A stretch of DNA of 64,000 nucleotides, taken from the NCBI GenBank assembly GCA_963674735.2, contig CAXXQS010000002.1, forward strand, positions 1,440,001 to 1,504,000. The letters run 5' to 3'. Made by a program: the position numbers and the translations under genes. The DNA is from Myxococcota bacterium (GTDB lineage Bacteria; Myxococcota_A; SURF-8). The notes beneath the pieces were generated by a model. That model did not search any database, was not told the DNA's origin, and saw only the letters and a program-made list of their open reading frames with translations. Numbering within the stretch: position 1 is the first letter of the stretch; each line of letters opens with the position of its first letter. This document shows, in pieces, positions 27,829-37,399 of this stretch.

Positions 27829-29430
27829 ATGCTTAGGCGCTGGACCTTTTCATCCCTGCGCTTTCAAATCATTTTGGCGCTCGCCATTTTGGTCATCACG
27901 GCCGTGATGCTGATGGGCTTTCTGATTACGTTCACCTCCCGGCAGATCCTGATGGAAGAGAAGCGGCGTCTGGGGCAGGCCACCGCCGCGTTGATCCAGC
28001 ATGCGCTCAACTCGCCGACGCCGGCGGAGTCGGCAGCGGGAGAGGACGGAGTTCGCCGTTTGATCCAGCGGGTGGCTTCGCAGTTTCAGGATCGCAGCTA
28101 TTACCACTCCATCACGTTCTTCAATCACGCGAACCGGGTGATGTGGTCCACCTTGCCGAAGGCGCGTTGGCCCTACGCCCTGGTGTTCAGCGGCGGGATG
28201 CCGAATCCTTTGGGGGCGCTGATGATCAACGCCGATAAGGATCCGGCGACCGGAGAAAACGTGATGGTGGTGGCCTTTCCCTGGAAGGTCGCGGGCCGCA
28301 GTTTCGGGACGGTACAGCTGATCGAACCCATCATCAGCCATAGCGAAGAGTGGCTGTTCTCCGGCAAGCTGATCTTCGCTTTTGCGGGGGGATACGCCAT
28401 CATCGTGATTTTGTTCGGTTTGGCGTTGCTGACCCAGATGGTGGTGAGTCCGGTCAACCGCTTGAATCAGGCCGTGCGCCGATTGGCGCAGGGCGAGCGA
28501 ACGATCTGGCTGCCCGAGGAGGAACGCAACGAGCTGGGCGAGCTTTCGCGTAACGTGAACGAATTGGCGCGCCTTCTGGCCGAGAACGAAATGCGCATGA
28601 GCGACCAGATCGAGGAGTTGCTGGAAGTCAACGAAGAACTGGAACTCACGCGGCGCAGCCTGATTCGCTCGGAGAAAATGGCCTCGATCGGTCGGTTGGC
28701 ATCCGGCGTGGCGCATGAGGTGGGGAATCCGCTCTCGGCGATTATCGGCTACATCGATATTTTGCGGGCCGGGGGTGTGGATGAGGCGATGCAGACGGAT
28801 TTTCTGGATCGCATCAGTAAGGACATTACCCGTATCAATACCATTATTCGCGGTTTGCTCGATTACTCGCGCCAGACCCAGGAGAAAATCGAAACGGTGG
28901 ATTTGAATGTCCTCATCTCCGACACCTTCGACCTGGTCCGGCATCAGAAGCAATTCAAGGGGGTCGAGTTCGAGGTGGCTTCGCACCTGGTCCCGGCCTA
29001 TGCGGCAGTGGATTCCAGCCAGTTTCAACAGGTTCTGGTGAACCTCTTCATCAACGCCGCCCACGCCATGGATGGGGACGGCGCTATTTCCGTTTTCGTG
29101 GAACGGGTGGAGTTCGATCCGTCTTTTACCTATCGTCGCAGCGCCAACGCCTTCCGGCGCGGCCAATCGTTGGTGGCGATTGCCGTGATGGATACCGGCA
29201 TGGGGATGAACGAAGAGACGGCCGCGAATATTTTCGACCCGTTTTTCACGACGAAAGAACCGGGCAGCGGGACGGGCCTGGGACTGTCGGTCAGCGACAA
29301 GATCATCGATGGCTTCGGCGGCACCATCGAGGTGGACAGCCAACTGGGCGAGGGTACCACCTTTACCATTCTGCTCCCTGAAGCCTCCATCGACTCGCTT
29401 GGGGGAGAAGAGAATGTGCGTATTTCGTAA
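27829..29430 (+). CDS. HAMP-domain sensor histidine kinase (PilS2-like position)
   Basis: Two [28 protein letters not shown]; directly after pilD. Confidence 0.88.
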   Translation: MLRRWTFSSLRFQIILALAILVITAVMLMGFLITFTSRQILMEEKRRLGQATAALIQHALNSPTPAESAAGEDGVRRLIQRVASQFQDRSYYHSITFFNHANRVMWSTLPKARWPYALVFSGGMPNPLGALMINADKDPATGENVMVVAFPWKVAGRSFGTVQLIEPIISHSEEWLFSGKLIFAFAGGYAIIVILFGLALLTQMVVSPVNRLNQAVRRLAQGERTIWLPEEERNELGELSRNVNELARLLAENEMRMSDQIEELLEVNEELELTRRSLIRSEKMASIGRLASGVAHEVGNPLSAIIGYIDILRAGGVDEAMQTDFLDRISKDITRINTIIRGLLDYSRQTQEKIETVDLNVLISDTFDLVRHQKQFKGVEFEVASHLVPAYAAVDSSQFQQVLVNLFINAAHAMDGDGAISVFVERVEFDPSFTYRRSANAFRRGQSLVAIAVMDTGMGMNEETAANIFDPFFTTKEPGSGTGLGLSVSDKIIDGFGGTIEVDSQLGEGTTFTILLPEASIDSLGGEENVRIS

Positions 29431-29600
29431 ACGTGTGCCTCGGGCGACCTGAGGGATTCTGTTTCGGAAGAACTGGACAAACGAAAAGAATCCGAATAAT
29501 ATCGGCTCCATCCCGCGCCACGGGCCAAATCCGACTCAGACCGTTGACTTTTCGTCTGCCATTGGTAGGATGGCGGTCCATTTTTATCGAGGCGTGTGGC

Positions 29601-30632
29601 ATGAAGATTCGGACCTTACTCACAATTTTGATTTCGGGCTTGTTTTTCACCCTGGCTCTCTGGAACTTCAATACGGACGAGTTTATGGGGGCGTTGCGTC
29701 AGCTCAACCCCCTGTACGTGGTTCCGGCCCTGGCCTGTTATCTGGCCAGTTTCTTTTTTCGTACTCTGCGTTGGCAGATCATGCTGCGTTCGGTGCAGCC
29801 GATCGCGGCCCCGCGCCTGTTTTCCTACCTGGTTATCGGCTATATGGCCAACAACCTGCTGCCCGCCCGATTGGGCGAGATCGTCCGTGGGTATGTGACC
29901 GGCAAACGCGAAGGCATGAGCCGTTCGTCCGCCTTTGCGTCGGTGGTGGTGGAACGGCTGTTCGACGGCCTGACCATCGTCGTCATCCTGGTGGTGCTCA
30001 TGTTCACCGCCGGTGTGGATCGCGCCTGGCTGCGCTACATGGCCTGGGTGTCGGCGCTACTCTTCATGGGCGGGTTGGGTTTTCTGTTTGCCTTGGCCTA
30101 TCAGAAACAGCGGGTTCTGGCGTTGGCGGAAACCGTTTTGCGAATTTTTCCGAAGAAACTCGCCGACAAAATCAATCACATCCTGCGCCGTTTCGTGGCC
30201 GGACTCAATCTGCTACGTTCCCCGCGTGACTTCATCGTCTCGTTGATGTCGAGTTTTCTCGTGTGGGGGTGCGAAGTGATGGTTTACGTGGTGTATCTCA
30301 AAGCCTTCAACATCGATGCGCCCTTTGTGGCGGCGTTGCTGGCCTTGGTGGTGGTCAACCTCTCGTCGCTGATTCCCTCTTCGCCCAGCTATATCGGGGT
30401 GTTCCAGTTCGCCTGCATCAAGAGCCTGGAAGTGTTCGGCATCGGTTCCAGCACGGCGCTGGCCTGGTCGGTGGCGATTCATTCCACCCAGGTCATTCCG
30501 ATCACGCTTTTAGGGCTGGTGTTCTTGAGCCGCATGGGTTTGTCGATGGGGGAAATCACCCATGCCGAGCTCGATGAAAACGGCAACGGAAACGGCGAGA
30601 GCGCGGATGCCGAAAGTCCGACGGCCACCTGA
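29601..30632 (+). CDS. Lysylphosphatidylglycerol synthase TM / flippase-like membrane protein (UPF0104)
   Basis: RW, NNLLPARLGE, ERLFD, PSSPSYIGVF; TTGACT-16-TAGGAT promoter at 29544-29571. Confidence 0.88.
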   Translation: MKIRTLLTILISGLFFTLALWNFNTDEFMGALRQLNPLYVVPALACYLASFFFRTLRWQIMLRSVQPIAAPRLFSYLVIGYMANNLLPARLGEIVRGYVTGKREGMSRSSAFASVVVERLFDGLTIVVILVVLMFTAGVDRAWLRYMAWVSALLFMGGLGFLFALAYQKQRVLALAETVLRIFPKKLADKINHILRRFVAGLNLLRSPRDFIVSLMSSFLVWGCEVMVYVVYLKAFNIDAPFVAALLALVVVNLSSLIPSSPSYIGVFQFACIKSLEVFGIGSSTALAWSVAIHSTQVIPITLLGLVFLSRMGLSMGEITHAELDENGNGNGESADAESPTAT

Positions 30633-30648
30633 TTCTCGGTTCACGTTC

Positions 30649-32010
30649 TCACTGCTTGATTTGGCATGTGCCCGTCGGCACGCAGGTGCCTTCCCAAAGC
30701 CCGTTCGATCCACAACATTCGAATCCGTCGCAGCAATGCGTTGAAACGACACACCAACCCGTGAAACAAGCCCCCGGGAAACAGTCGGGCGCGGTTTGCG
30801 CGTTGCAGTATTCGCCTTCCGGGCAGACCGGGCAATTCAAGACGCAGGTGCAGGACGTCGGATCACAGACGGTGCCGACCGGGCAGGTTCCGCAATCGCA
30901 TGCAGCGAGGCATTCCGGGCGGCAGCGGCCATCGAGACAGCAGCCGGTTTGGGCGGGGCAGTCTTCGTTGTATATGCAGCGTTCGGCGCAGCAGCCCTCG
31001 AACATGCCGGGGTAAGTGTCGCAATAATAATTGGCTTCGCAGTGATCATCGCTGCCGCAAAAAAGGCAATCGGTTTCCGGAACGCAACGCCCGTAATCGA
31101 CCGAGGCGGCATCGCTTTCGCAATAGGAGCCGTTCGGGCATTGTTCGCCTGGATTGAAGCAGAAACGTTCGCAGATGCCGTCCGAGGATCCCGGACGCTT
31201 ATCGCAGAAGCTGTCGAGTGCGCACTGGGAGTCGGTCGTGCAATAGCCTTCGATCATGTCACAGACGCCGAGTCGGCAGGCGTAACCGCGCGGACAGCTT
31301 CCTCCGGCCTGATCGCAGTAACGTCGGCAGCAGCCGGAGGAGTCGTATTCACTGAGATAAAAGCAATAGTCCGAATCACCTTCACAGTCGGAATTCAGAT
31401 TGCAGATGATGCAGCCGTCATCCGCTTCCGCATCTCCATCCGGGGCGGATTCCATCTCGCCATCTCCGTCCGGTTCGTTTTGGACGCAATCGCCCTCCAG
31501 GCAGAACGACCCGCTTGGACAGGCTTGGTAGAGAGACCAGACCTGATACGAGTTGCAGCGCTCGACGCGTTGCGTATCGGCGCAGCGGTAGGTGTCGGGG
31601 TCGCAGTTGTCGTGCCGACACTCCCCGTCTTCGCAGAACAGGCCGTGCTCGCAGACTTCCACGATCTCCCAGGATTCGTCTCCGATTCGCTGCCACACCG
31701 TCTGTTGGAAGCATTGTCGTTCCGGTTGTGGATCGCCGTCCGGGGTATCGCCGTCCGGGACATCGCCGTCGACCGACAGGCATATTTGCCGGATGACATC
31801 GCAGGCCAATCCGTCGGGGCAAGGTAAGTGCTCACTGCAAAGAAGGCGGCAAACGCCGTCGAGGCAGATCTCGCCGCCGCCGCATTCCGGGTCGCTTTGG
31901 CAGGTGGGGGAGGTGGCGTCGCCATCGATCAGGACGAGTTCGCCATCCGTGCAGCCGAATAACCCGATAAGCATGCAGAGCAACAGGGGTGCTAGGTAAC
32001 GTCGTTTCAT
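30649..32010 (-). CDS. Cys-rich lipoprotein with DGD linkers
   Basis: Lipobox LFGC; many C..D.DC...YC modules; DGDVPDGDTPDGDP. Confidence 0.85.
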   Translation of the reverse strand: MKRRYLAPLLLCMLIGLFGCTDGELVLIDGDATSPTCQSDPECGGGEICLDGVCRLLCSEHLPCPDGLACDVIRQICLSVDGDVPDGDTPDGDPQPERQCFQQTVWQRIGDESWEIVEVCEHGLFCEDGECRHDNCDPDTYRCADTQRVERCNSYQVWSLYQACPSGSFCLEGDCVQNEPDGDGEMESAPDGDAEADDGCIICNLNSDCEGDSDYCFYLSEYDSSGCCRRYCDQAGGSCPRGYACRLGVCDMIEGYCTTDSQCALDSFCDKRPGSSDGICERFCFNPGEQCPNGSYCESDAASVDYGRCVPETDCLFCGSDDHCEANYYCDTYPGMFEGCCAERCIYNEDCPAQTGCCLDGRCRPECLAACDCGTCPVGTVCDPTSCTCVLNCPVCPEGEYCNAQTAPDCFPGACFTGWCVVSTHCCDGFECCGSNGLWEGTCVPTGTCQIKQ

Positions 32011-34310
32011 TATTTCGTCTCATTTGTAACCAGTACAGGTTCGTTCCAGATTCCGTTGACGCGTGTCAGGATCCATTCGATCGTTTCATCGAATGCAATC
32101 TCACCTTCAAGCGGAGCGAACAAAGGAGCGGTTGCGGCATGGTTGGGATCGTAGAGGCGTATCCTGTAATCAGTTGTGGCAAGGTGTTGCAAGCAGGACA
32201 AGCCGGAATCGAACATGCAATCGTCGACGTAATGTACCCCGATACGCCACAGACCGTCGGTCGGGTTGGTGATGACCAGTTCCTCAACCGTCCCGCCCGC
32301 GCCTGCGCCAGGGGTCGTGCGCGGCATGATGGCGGTGCCGTGTCCCTGGGGAAACGTGAAAGATCCGGTGCTGGTGATCGTGTCGTCGCGGCACGTAGCT
32401 CCGATCGAATCCGAGAGGAGCAGGTCCATGTCCACCAGCGTGGTTGCATCGGGATAGTCGACACCGGCATCGAATTGCAGGATGGCGCGCAGTCCTTCGT
32501 TACCGTCGACGGTGACCTGGATGATGAAGGGGGAAGACCACTGGCCCTCGTTGTCGCGAACCTTGAGTGTGATGGTGTAGTCGCCGCCGAGATCGAAGTC
32601 GGCGCACATGTTGACACCGGGTATGTCGATGTAAGGGATCAGTATCGGCAGGGTCAGGCTTCCGGCCGGGCGTTCGATGGACCAATCGAATTCCGTCAGT
32701 TCGCCGTCCGGGTCGTAGGCGATATTACCGTAAAAACACAGGCGTGTGTTTTCGGAAACGCCGGTGATGGGAATCTGGATGATCGGCCCGTGGCTCTGCA
32801 AACTGGCGCGGGCGATGGGGATTTCATTGACCGGCCTTCCGTCGCCTTCCAAGCGGACTCGCACCGCATAATCGTCATCTTCGCCGGCATGATGCAGCAG
32901 CAGGTCGAGTTGACATTGGTAGCTCTTTTCTTCCTGTGGGGCGAAAAAGGCCCAGCCTTCCACCGCTCCGGTTCCGCCGGGAGGCACCTCCTCCCCGAGA
33001 GGTAATTCCGTCGTTTCCAGGTGGAAAGCCGAGCAGTCATCGCCGGATTCCTCGTTCAGAAACACTCCGGTCACTTCAAGCGCTTCCGCGTGCCAGTTGC
33101 GCAAGCGGAAGGATTGTTCGACCGCGCACACCTCATTGATGCACAGGCGTGTATCCGGGCAGTCGTCATTGGAGTCGCAGACGGTGGTGTTGATGCTGGT
33201 CGGGGGAAAGACAAGGGGATCGGGGGTGATGCTGAAGCCCGAAGCCCAGGTTATGCCCGTGATGCGCACTTCCAGTGTCTGATTGTCGGGGCTGGGGCTG
33301 TCGGAGTTGATGAACACCCGGGTGATGTGCGGATTGATGGCCGTCGCCTCGCTGTCCGGCCAATAGGATACGACGAAAAGATGCTGGTCGCCGGGCAACA
33401 GGTCTTTGGGAGCATCGGACGATAGCGCGCCCTGGTCCAGCGCGAAGGGGCGTGTCGTCGAATCGGAGAGGGCGATGCTCGATATCCGGATCGCCTCGTC
33501 GCAGCCCTGCACGAAAGGATAGGTAATCGTGAATGCCGCATAGGCCGGGGGGCGGCCCACTTGCGTTGCCGGGAATTCGTAGTTTTCGGGATCGACTTCG
33601 AGCCGGCACAGACTGTCGTCGTCGGTTGCGGTGCTGTAAATGGGAATTTGCGTCAGCAAGCCGCTACAGGAATCGCTGACGAAGCTCAGAACCGCGTTGT
33701 CCGGGGTGGGGTCACTCGGCGTGTAGGTGATGACCAAGGTCCACTGTTCGCCGGGGCGCAGACGACGCGGGAATTGCAGGTTGGGCAGGTCGGGCAGCGA
33801 AAAGTCGGTTGAGCCGATCAGGGATACGGCCTGGATGATCAGGTTGGCTGTTTCGTCGTTGTTGGACAGAGTCACGCTGCGCTGTTGCAGAACATTGTAC
33901 AGGGGAGGGTCGAATTCGATGCTTTGCGGTTCGGTCAATAGGGTGGCGCAGACGGACTCTTCGTCGCCCGATCCGTCTTCATCGCCGTCGGGATCCGAAT
34001 CGCCATCGACGAGGGGGACGTCGTCTTCTCCGTCGCCGTCGCCCTGGGCCTCGGCGGCGGCTTCGGTAATGCAACTCGATGTCTCCAGGTTGCACAGCAT
34101 CCCATCGGGGCAATCGGCGTCTTCCACACACATGGGACGACACTCGCCCAGCACGCAAATCATCCCGCCGGGACAATCGCTCGTTTCCTCGCACAGAATC
34201 GGTCCGGCGTCGTCCGGGTCGTTTTCCTGGATCGTCGTTGTGTTTCCATTGCAACCGACGGTGATGAGAATAGCCAATAGTGCGTTGATTATCAGTACGA
34301 CCATACGCAT
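32010..34310 (-). CDS. Lipoprotein with Cys modules, DGD linker, three ASH/choice-of-anchor-D-like Ig domains and a PKD-like domain
   Basis: GGAGG RBS, lipobox TVGC, P....F...(Y/F).P Ig repeats, YDPDG...W...G.Y...L.V.D..G. Confidence 0.8.
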   Translation of the reverse strand: MRMVVLIINALLAILITVGCNGNTTTIQENDPDDAGPILCEETSDCPGGMICVLGECRPMCVEDADCPDGMLCNLETSSCITEAAAEAQGDGDGEDDVPLVDGDSDPDGDEDGSGDEESVCATLLTEPQSIEFDPPLYNVLQQRSVTLSNNDETANLIIQAVSLIGSTDFSLPDLPNLQFPRRLRPGEQWTLVITYTPSDPTPDNAVLSFVSDSCSGLLTQIPIYSTATDDDSLCRLEVDPENYEFPATQVGRPPAYAAFTITYPFVQGCDEAIRISSIALSDSTTRPFALDQGALSSDAPKDLLPGDQHLFVVSYWPDSEATAINPHITRVFINSDSPSPDNQTLEVRITGITWASGFSITPDPLVFPPTSINTTVCDSNDDCPDTRLCINEVCAVEQSFRLRNWHAEALEVTGVFLNEESGDDCSAFHLETTELPLGEEVPPGGTGAVEGWAFFAPQEEKSYQCQLDLLLHHAGEDDDYAVRVRLEGDGRPVNEIPIARASLQSHGPIIQIPITGVSENTRLCFYGNIAYDPDGELTEFDWSIERPAGSLTLPILIPYIDIPGVNMCADFDLGGDYTITLKVRDNEGQWSSPFIIQVTVDGNEGLRAILQFDAGVDYPDATTLVDMDLLLSDSIGATCRDDTITSTGSFTFPQGHGTAIMPRTTPGAGAGGTVEELVITNPTDGLWRIGVHYVDDCMFDSGLSCLQHLATTDYRIRLYDPNHAATAPLFAPLEGEIAFDETIEWILTRVNGIWNEPVLVTNETK

Positions 34311-34508
34311 AAACGTCTCCTCCTACATAAAATCACCGTGGCGAAAATCAACGACTGTGTTTCCTTGATGTATATTCTCATAGTAGGGAATGGGGTTTTA
34401 TTTGTCAAAGTCAAAATACGCCCAATGCGCTCGATGCGCGGTTATGAAACGAAGGAAAGATGAAATTATGCTAAAATACGGCCGCAACCACCTGACGGGG
34501 ATAGGAAG

Positions 34509-35426
34509 ATGTCGATGCTCGCAGCTTTGTTTCATCGTAACTCACCGGATACCAAGCCGTTTTGGCGCAAGCTGTTCTGGCGTATTCCCCTCTATCTGGC
34601 GCTCGTCTGCCTGCTGATTTCCATCTGGTTGGCTTGGCAGCTTACCGGCGACATGCATGCGCCGGTGGTCTGGAAACCGCATGCCGGATTGTTCGAGCCG
34701 CAAAACCTGCAGGTTACGGCCGAGGACGGCGTGGTGGTGTCGGGTTGGTATTGGCCGGGAAAACCGGAGCAGGCGGCGGTGGTGCTGTGCCATGGTGTCG
34801 GGGCGAATCGTACGCAGATGCTCGACCAGGCGGCCATGCTGGTTCGCGCCGGTTATGCCGCCTTGGTTTTCGATTTTCGCAACCACGGTATTTCCGGCGG
34901 TGATACGACGACTTACGGCCATGCCGAACAGCGCGATGTCCGGGCCATGGCCGCCGAAATCACGCGTCGTAGTCCTCGTTCTCCGGTGGTGTTGTGGGGG
35001 CTTTCGATGGGGGCGGCGTCCCTCTTGCTCGCCGCTCCGACCATCCCCGGTCTGGCGGGCGCCATTGCCGAAAGCCCCTTCGATTCCATGCCCGAAACCT
35101 TTCGCCACCACAACGATCTATACTTTCCCTGGCCCACCTTCCCGGTGGTCGACTTGACGCTCTGGGTGATGAGTTTGAAAGACGGCTACGATCCCTGGTC
35201 GGTCAGTCCCATCGCGGCCGTCGCTAAAAGCCCCGATATTCCCATGCTTTTCGTGGCAGGCCGCGAAGACCGCCGCATGCCGCCCGCGCTGGTGCGGCGT
35301 GTGGCCGACGCCCATGCCGGACAAACCTCGTTTTTCATCGGGGAGGGTTCGCACGCGGTTATCTTTCAGGCAAGCGGGCGCACGTATCGTGAGCGTGTTT
35401 TGCGTTTTCTGGAACTCTTTAATTAA
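34509..35426 (+). CDS. Alpha/beta hydrolase
   Basis: HG, FDFRNHG.S, GLSMG nucleophile elbow, D and H catalytic positions. Confidence 0.9.
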   Translation: MSMLAALFHRNSPDTKPFWRKLFWRIPLYLALVCLLISIWLAWQLTGDMHAPVVWKPHAGLFEPQNLQVTAEDGVVVSGWYWPGKPEQAAVVLCHGVGANRTQMLDQAAMLVRAGYAALVFDFRNHGISGGDTTTYGHAEQRDVRAMAAEITRRSPRSPVVLWGLSMGAASLLLAAPTIPGLAGAIAESPFDSMPETFRHHNDLYFPWPTFPVVDLTLWVMSLKDGYDPWSVSPIAAVAKSPDIPMLFVAGREDRRMPPALVRRVADAHAGQTSFFIGEGSHAVIFQASGRTYRERVLRFLELFN

Positions 35427-35609
35427 GTGGGAAAGATAGGAATTGCCATATGAGGCTTGATTAACCCAAGTTTTATGTTACAATGTTTCTTTGCGTGGAG
35501 AGGCATCTGTTTACTGACCATGTCAAACTGTTCACCATCGAACTTGGACCAAGCTTAGTTTTCCCCATTGATGTCATTCGTTAGTAACGTTGCGGAGAAA
35601 AACAAGACC

Positions 35610-36422
35610 ATGGAAACGAGAATGTTGTTTCATTCAGGAGACGAGTTGGAGCTGTTGTGTCAGGATCCTAAAAATTCGTTCTTCTACAAAGGCTTTGTCA
35701 ACAAGACGCGCCCCCTGGTGGTTGAGATTACGTCCAGCCTGGATGAGGCAGGCCTGCAGAAATTGCAGAAGGCCAATGAACTGATCGTCGCTTACGTGAA
35801 AAAAGGATATGCTTACAAGGCCAAGGTAAGCAATATGAGCGGCAATACCATGGAATTGTCGCTGATCGAGCGCCATGAGCTGCGCGAGTTTTTCCGGGTC
35901 AATACGGTCATCGGTTTTGGGTATGAAGTCATCCGTCGGGCTCCGACCGTGGGTGGGGCCGAGGCTGAAAAGGAGAACGACATCGAGCGCATGATGATGT
36001 CGGGTACTCCCCCAAAGGGCAACGATGACATGATGGCTCAGATCATGCTGGGTCTTTATCAAGAAGTCCGTAAACTGCGTCAGCAAGTGCAGAAGAGTAC
36101 CAAGCTCGATACCAGCCAAATCACGCAGCGTCTGGTATCCCTTTCCGGTTCCGGTGTTCGTTTCATCACCAGTGTGGAGCACAACAAGGGTGATGTCCTG
36201 CGCATTCACATGGTTTTAGGGTCGGGGCGTCGCCCGTTGACGGGTCTGGGCCGCATTATTCGAGTGGAATCCGAATTCTCGGCTTCGGACGGTCCATCGT
36301 TCGCCATCGCCGTTCAGTTTCAGGATATGGCGGATGCCGATCGGGAGGCGTTGGTCCGCTACGTCTTCCAAACACAGCGCAACGCGCTCAAGCGCCGTTT
36401 CGGCGGCGGCGGTTCGGTGTGA
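35610..36422 (+). CDS. PilZ-domain (c-di-GMP-binding) protein
   Basis: REFFR (RxxxR) and SLSGSG motifs; start uncertain; promoter TTGATT..TACAAT at 35457-35484. Confidence 0.8.
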   Translation: METRMLFHSGDELELLCQDPKNSFFYKGFVNKTRPLVVEITSSLDEAGLQKLQKANELIVAYVKKGYAYKAKVSNMSGNTMELSLIERHELREFFRVNTVIGFGYEVIRRAPTVGGAEAEKENDIERMMMSGTPPKGNDDMMAQIMLGLYQEVRKLRQQVQKSTKLDTSQITQRLVSLSGSGVRFITSVEHNKGDVLRIHMVLGSGRRPLTGLGRIIRVESEFSASDGPSFAIAVQFQDMADADREALVRYVFQTQRNALKRRFGGGGSV

Positions 36423-36494
36423 GTTCATTCGTGTCGACTAAGCCATAAAAAGCCTGGAAATCTCCGACCTTTTCCGATAGAATGAAACGCTGTT

Positions 36495-37382
36495 TTGTTG
36501 CCTGGGTTTACGGTTCTCGGCGTTTTTTATATGGTTGTGTTGATGCTGACTATTCTGCGGCTGTTTTCGTCTTGCCGATGCTCATTTCGAGTTTTTCTCG
36601 CGACTTTCATGCTCGTGTGGATTGCTGCGGCTTGCAGCTTGCATGGGCCGAGTTCCGTGTTGCCCGATCATGAGTTCGATCGGGTGGAACATCTCAAACA
36701 CCACATGCGGGTCGAGGCGTCTCACTGGGCCTTGCGGCATTTCGAGGCGGGGACGGAAGCGTTTAGTCGAGGCGCCTTGGGGCTGGCTTATCAGCATTGG
36801 CGCCGCGCGGCATCCATGGCTCCCGACTGGGATCTGCCCCTGATTCAACTGGCGCATTTGCATCCGCTCTACGACAACGATCAGCAGGCGGCACTGAAAG
36901 CGTTGGAACAGGCGGTGGCGATTCATGGCGACAATCCGCGCAGCCGCTTCATGTATGGGGTGGCGCTGCTTCAGTCGGGACGCACCGAAGAAGCCGAGCG
37001 TGAATTGCGCTATGCCATCGCGGCCAAACCCGGCTATCTGGAGGCCCGTTTGCGACTCGGATTGCTTTATCGGGATATCGGGGATCACCTCCAGGCGCTC
37101 GAACAATATGAAGAGTTGGTGCGGCGGCAACCCGCCAACGCCATGGCCGTGGCGACGCTGGCCGAGCTTTACGAAGAAAACGATCGTTTCTCAGACGCCG
37201 AACAAGCCTACCAACGATTGATCGGTTTGCACCATGACAGTTCCTGGGCATTGACCCGGCTGGCCGATTTCTATTCACGCAGAGGGCAAGTCGAGTTGGC
37301 CCTCAAAACGCGACAACGCGCGGAGGAACTGAACCGGCATAAACATCGCATCATGCGTCCTCTGCTACCCTCGCGGCGATAA
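36495..37382 (+). CDS. Tetratricopeptide-repeat protein, probable lipoprotein (true start likely downstream)
   Basis: AAAC lipobox, tandem TPR helices. Confidence 0.8.
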   Translation: MLPGFTVLGVFYMVVLMLTILRLFSSCRCSFRVFLATFMLVWIAAACSLHGPSSVLPDHEFDRVEHLKHHMRVEASHWALRHFEAGTEAFSRGALGLAYQHWRRAASMAPDWDLPLIQLAHLHPLYDNDQQAALKALEQAVAIHGDNPRSRFMYGVALLQSGRTEEAERELRYAIAAKPGYLEARLRLGLLYRDIGDHLQALEQYEELVRRQPANAMAVATLAELYEENDRFSDAEQAYQRLIGLHHDSSWALTRLADFYSRRGQVELALKTRQRAEELNRHKHRIMRPLLPSRR

Positions 37383-37399
37383 GTAACAAGGAACCCGAC

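Noticed and set aside
29414-29455. Short ORF after the HAMP kinase as a pilR2 remnant
   Set aside because: About 12 codons with no receiver motif; unsupported
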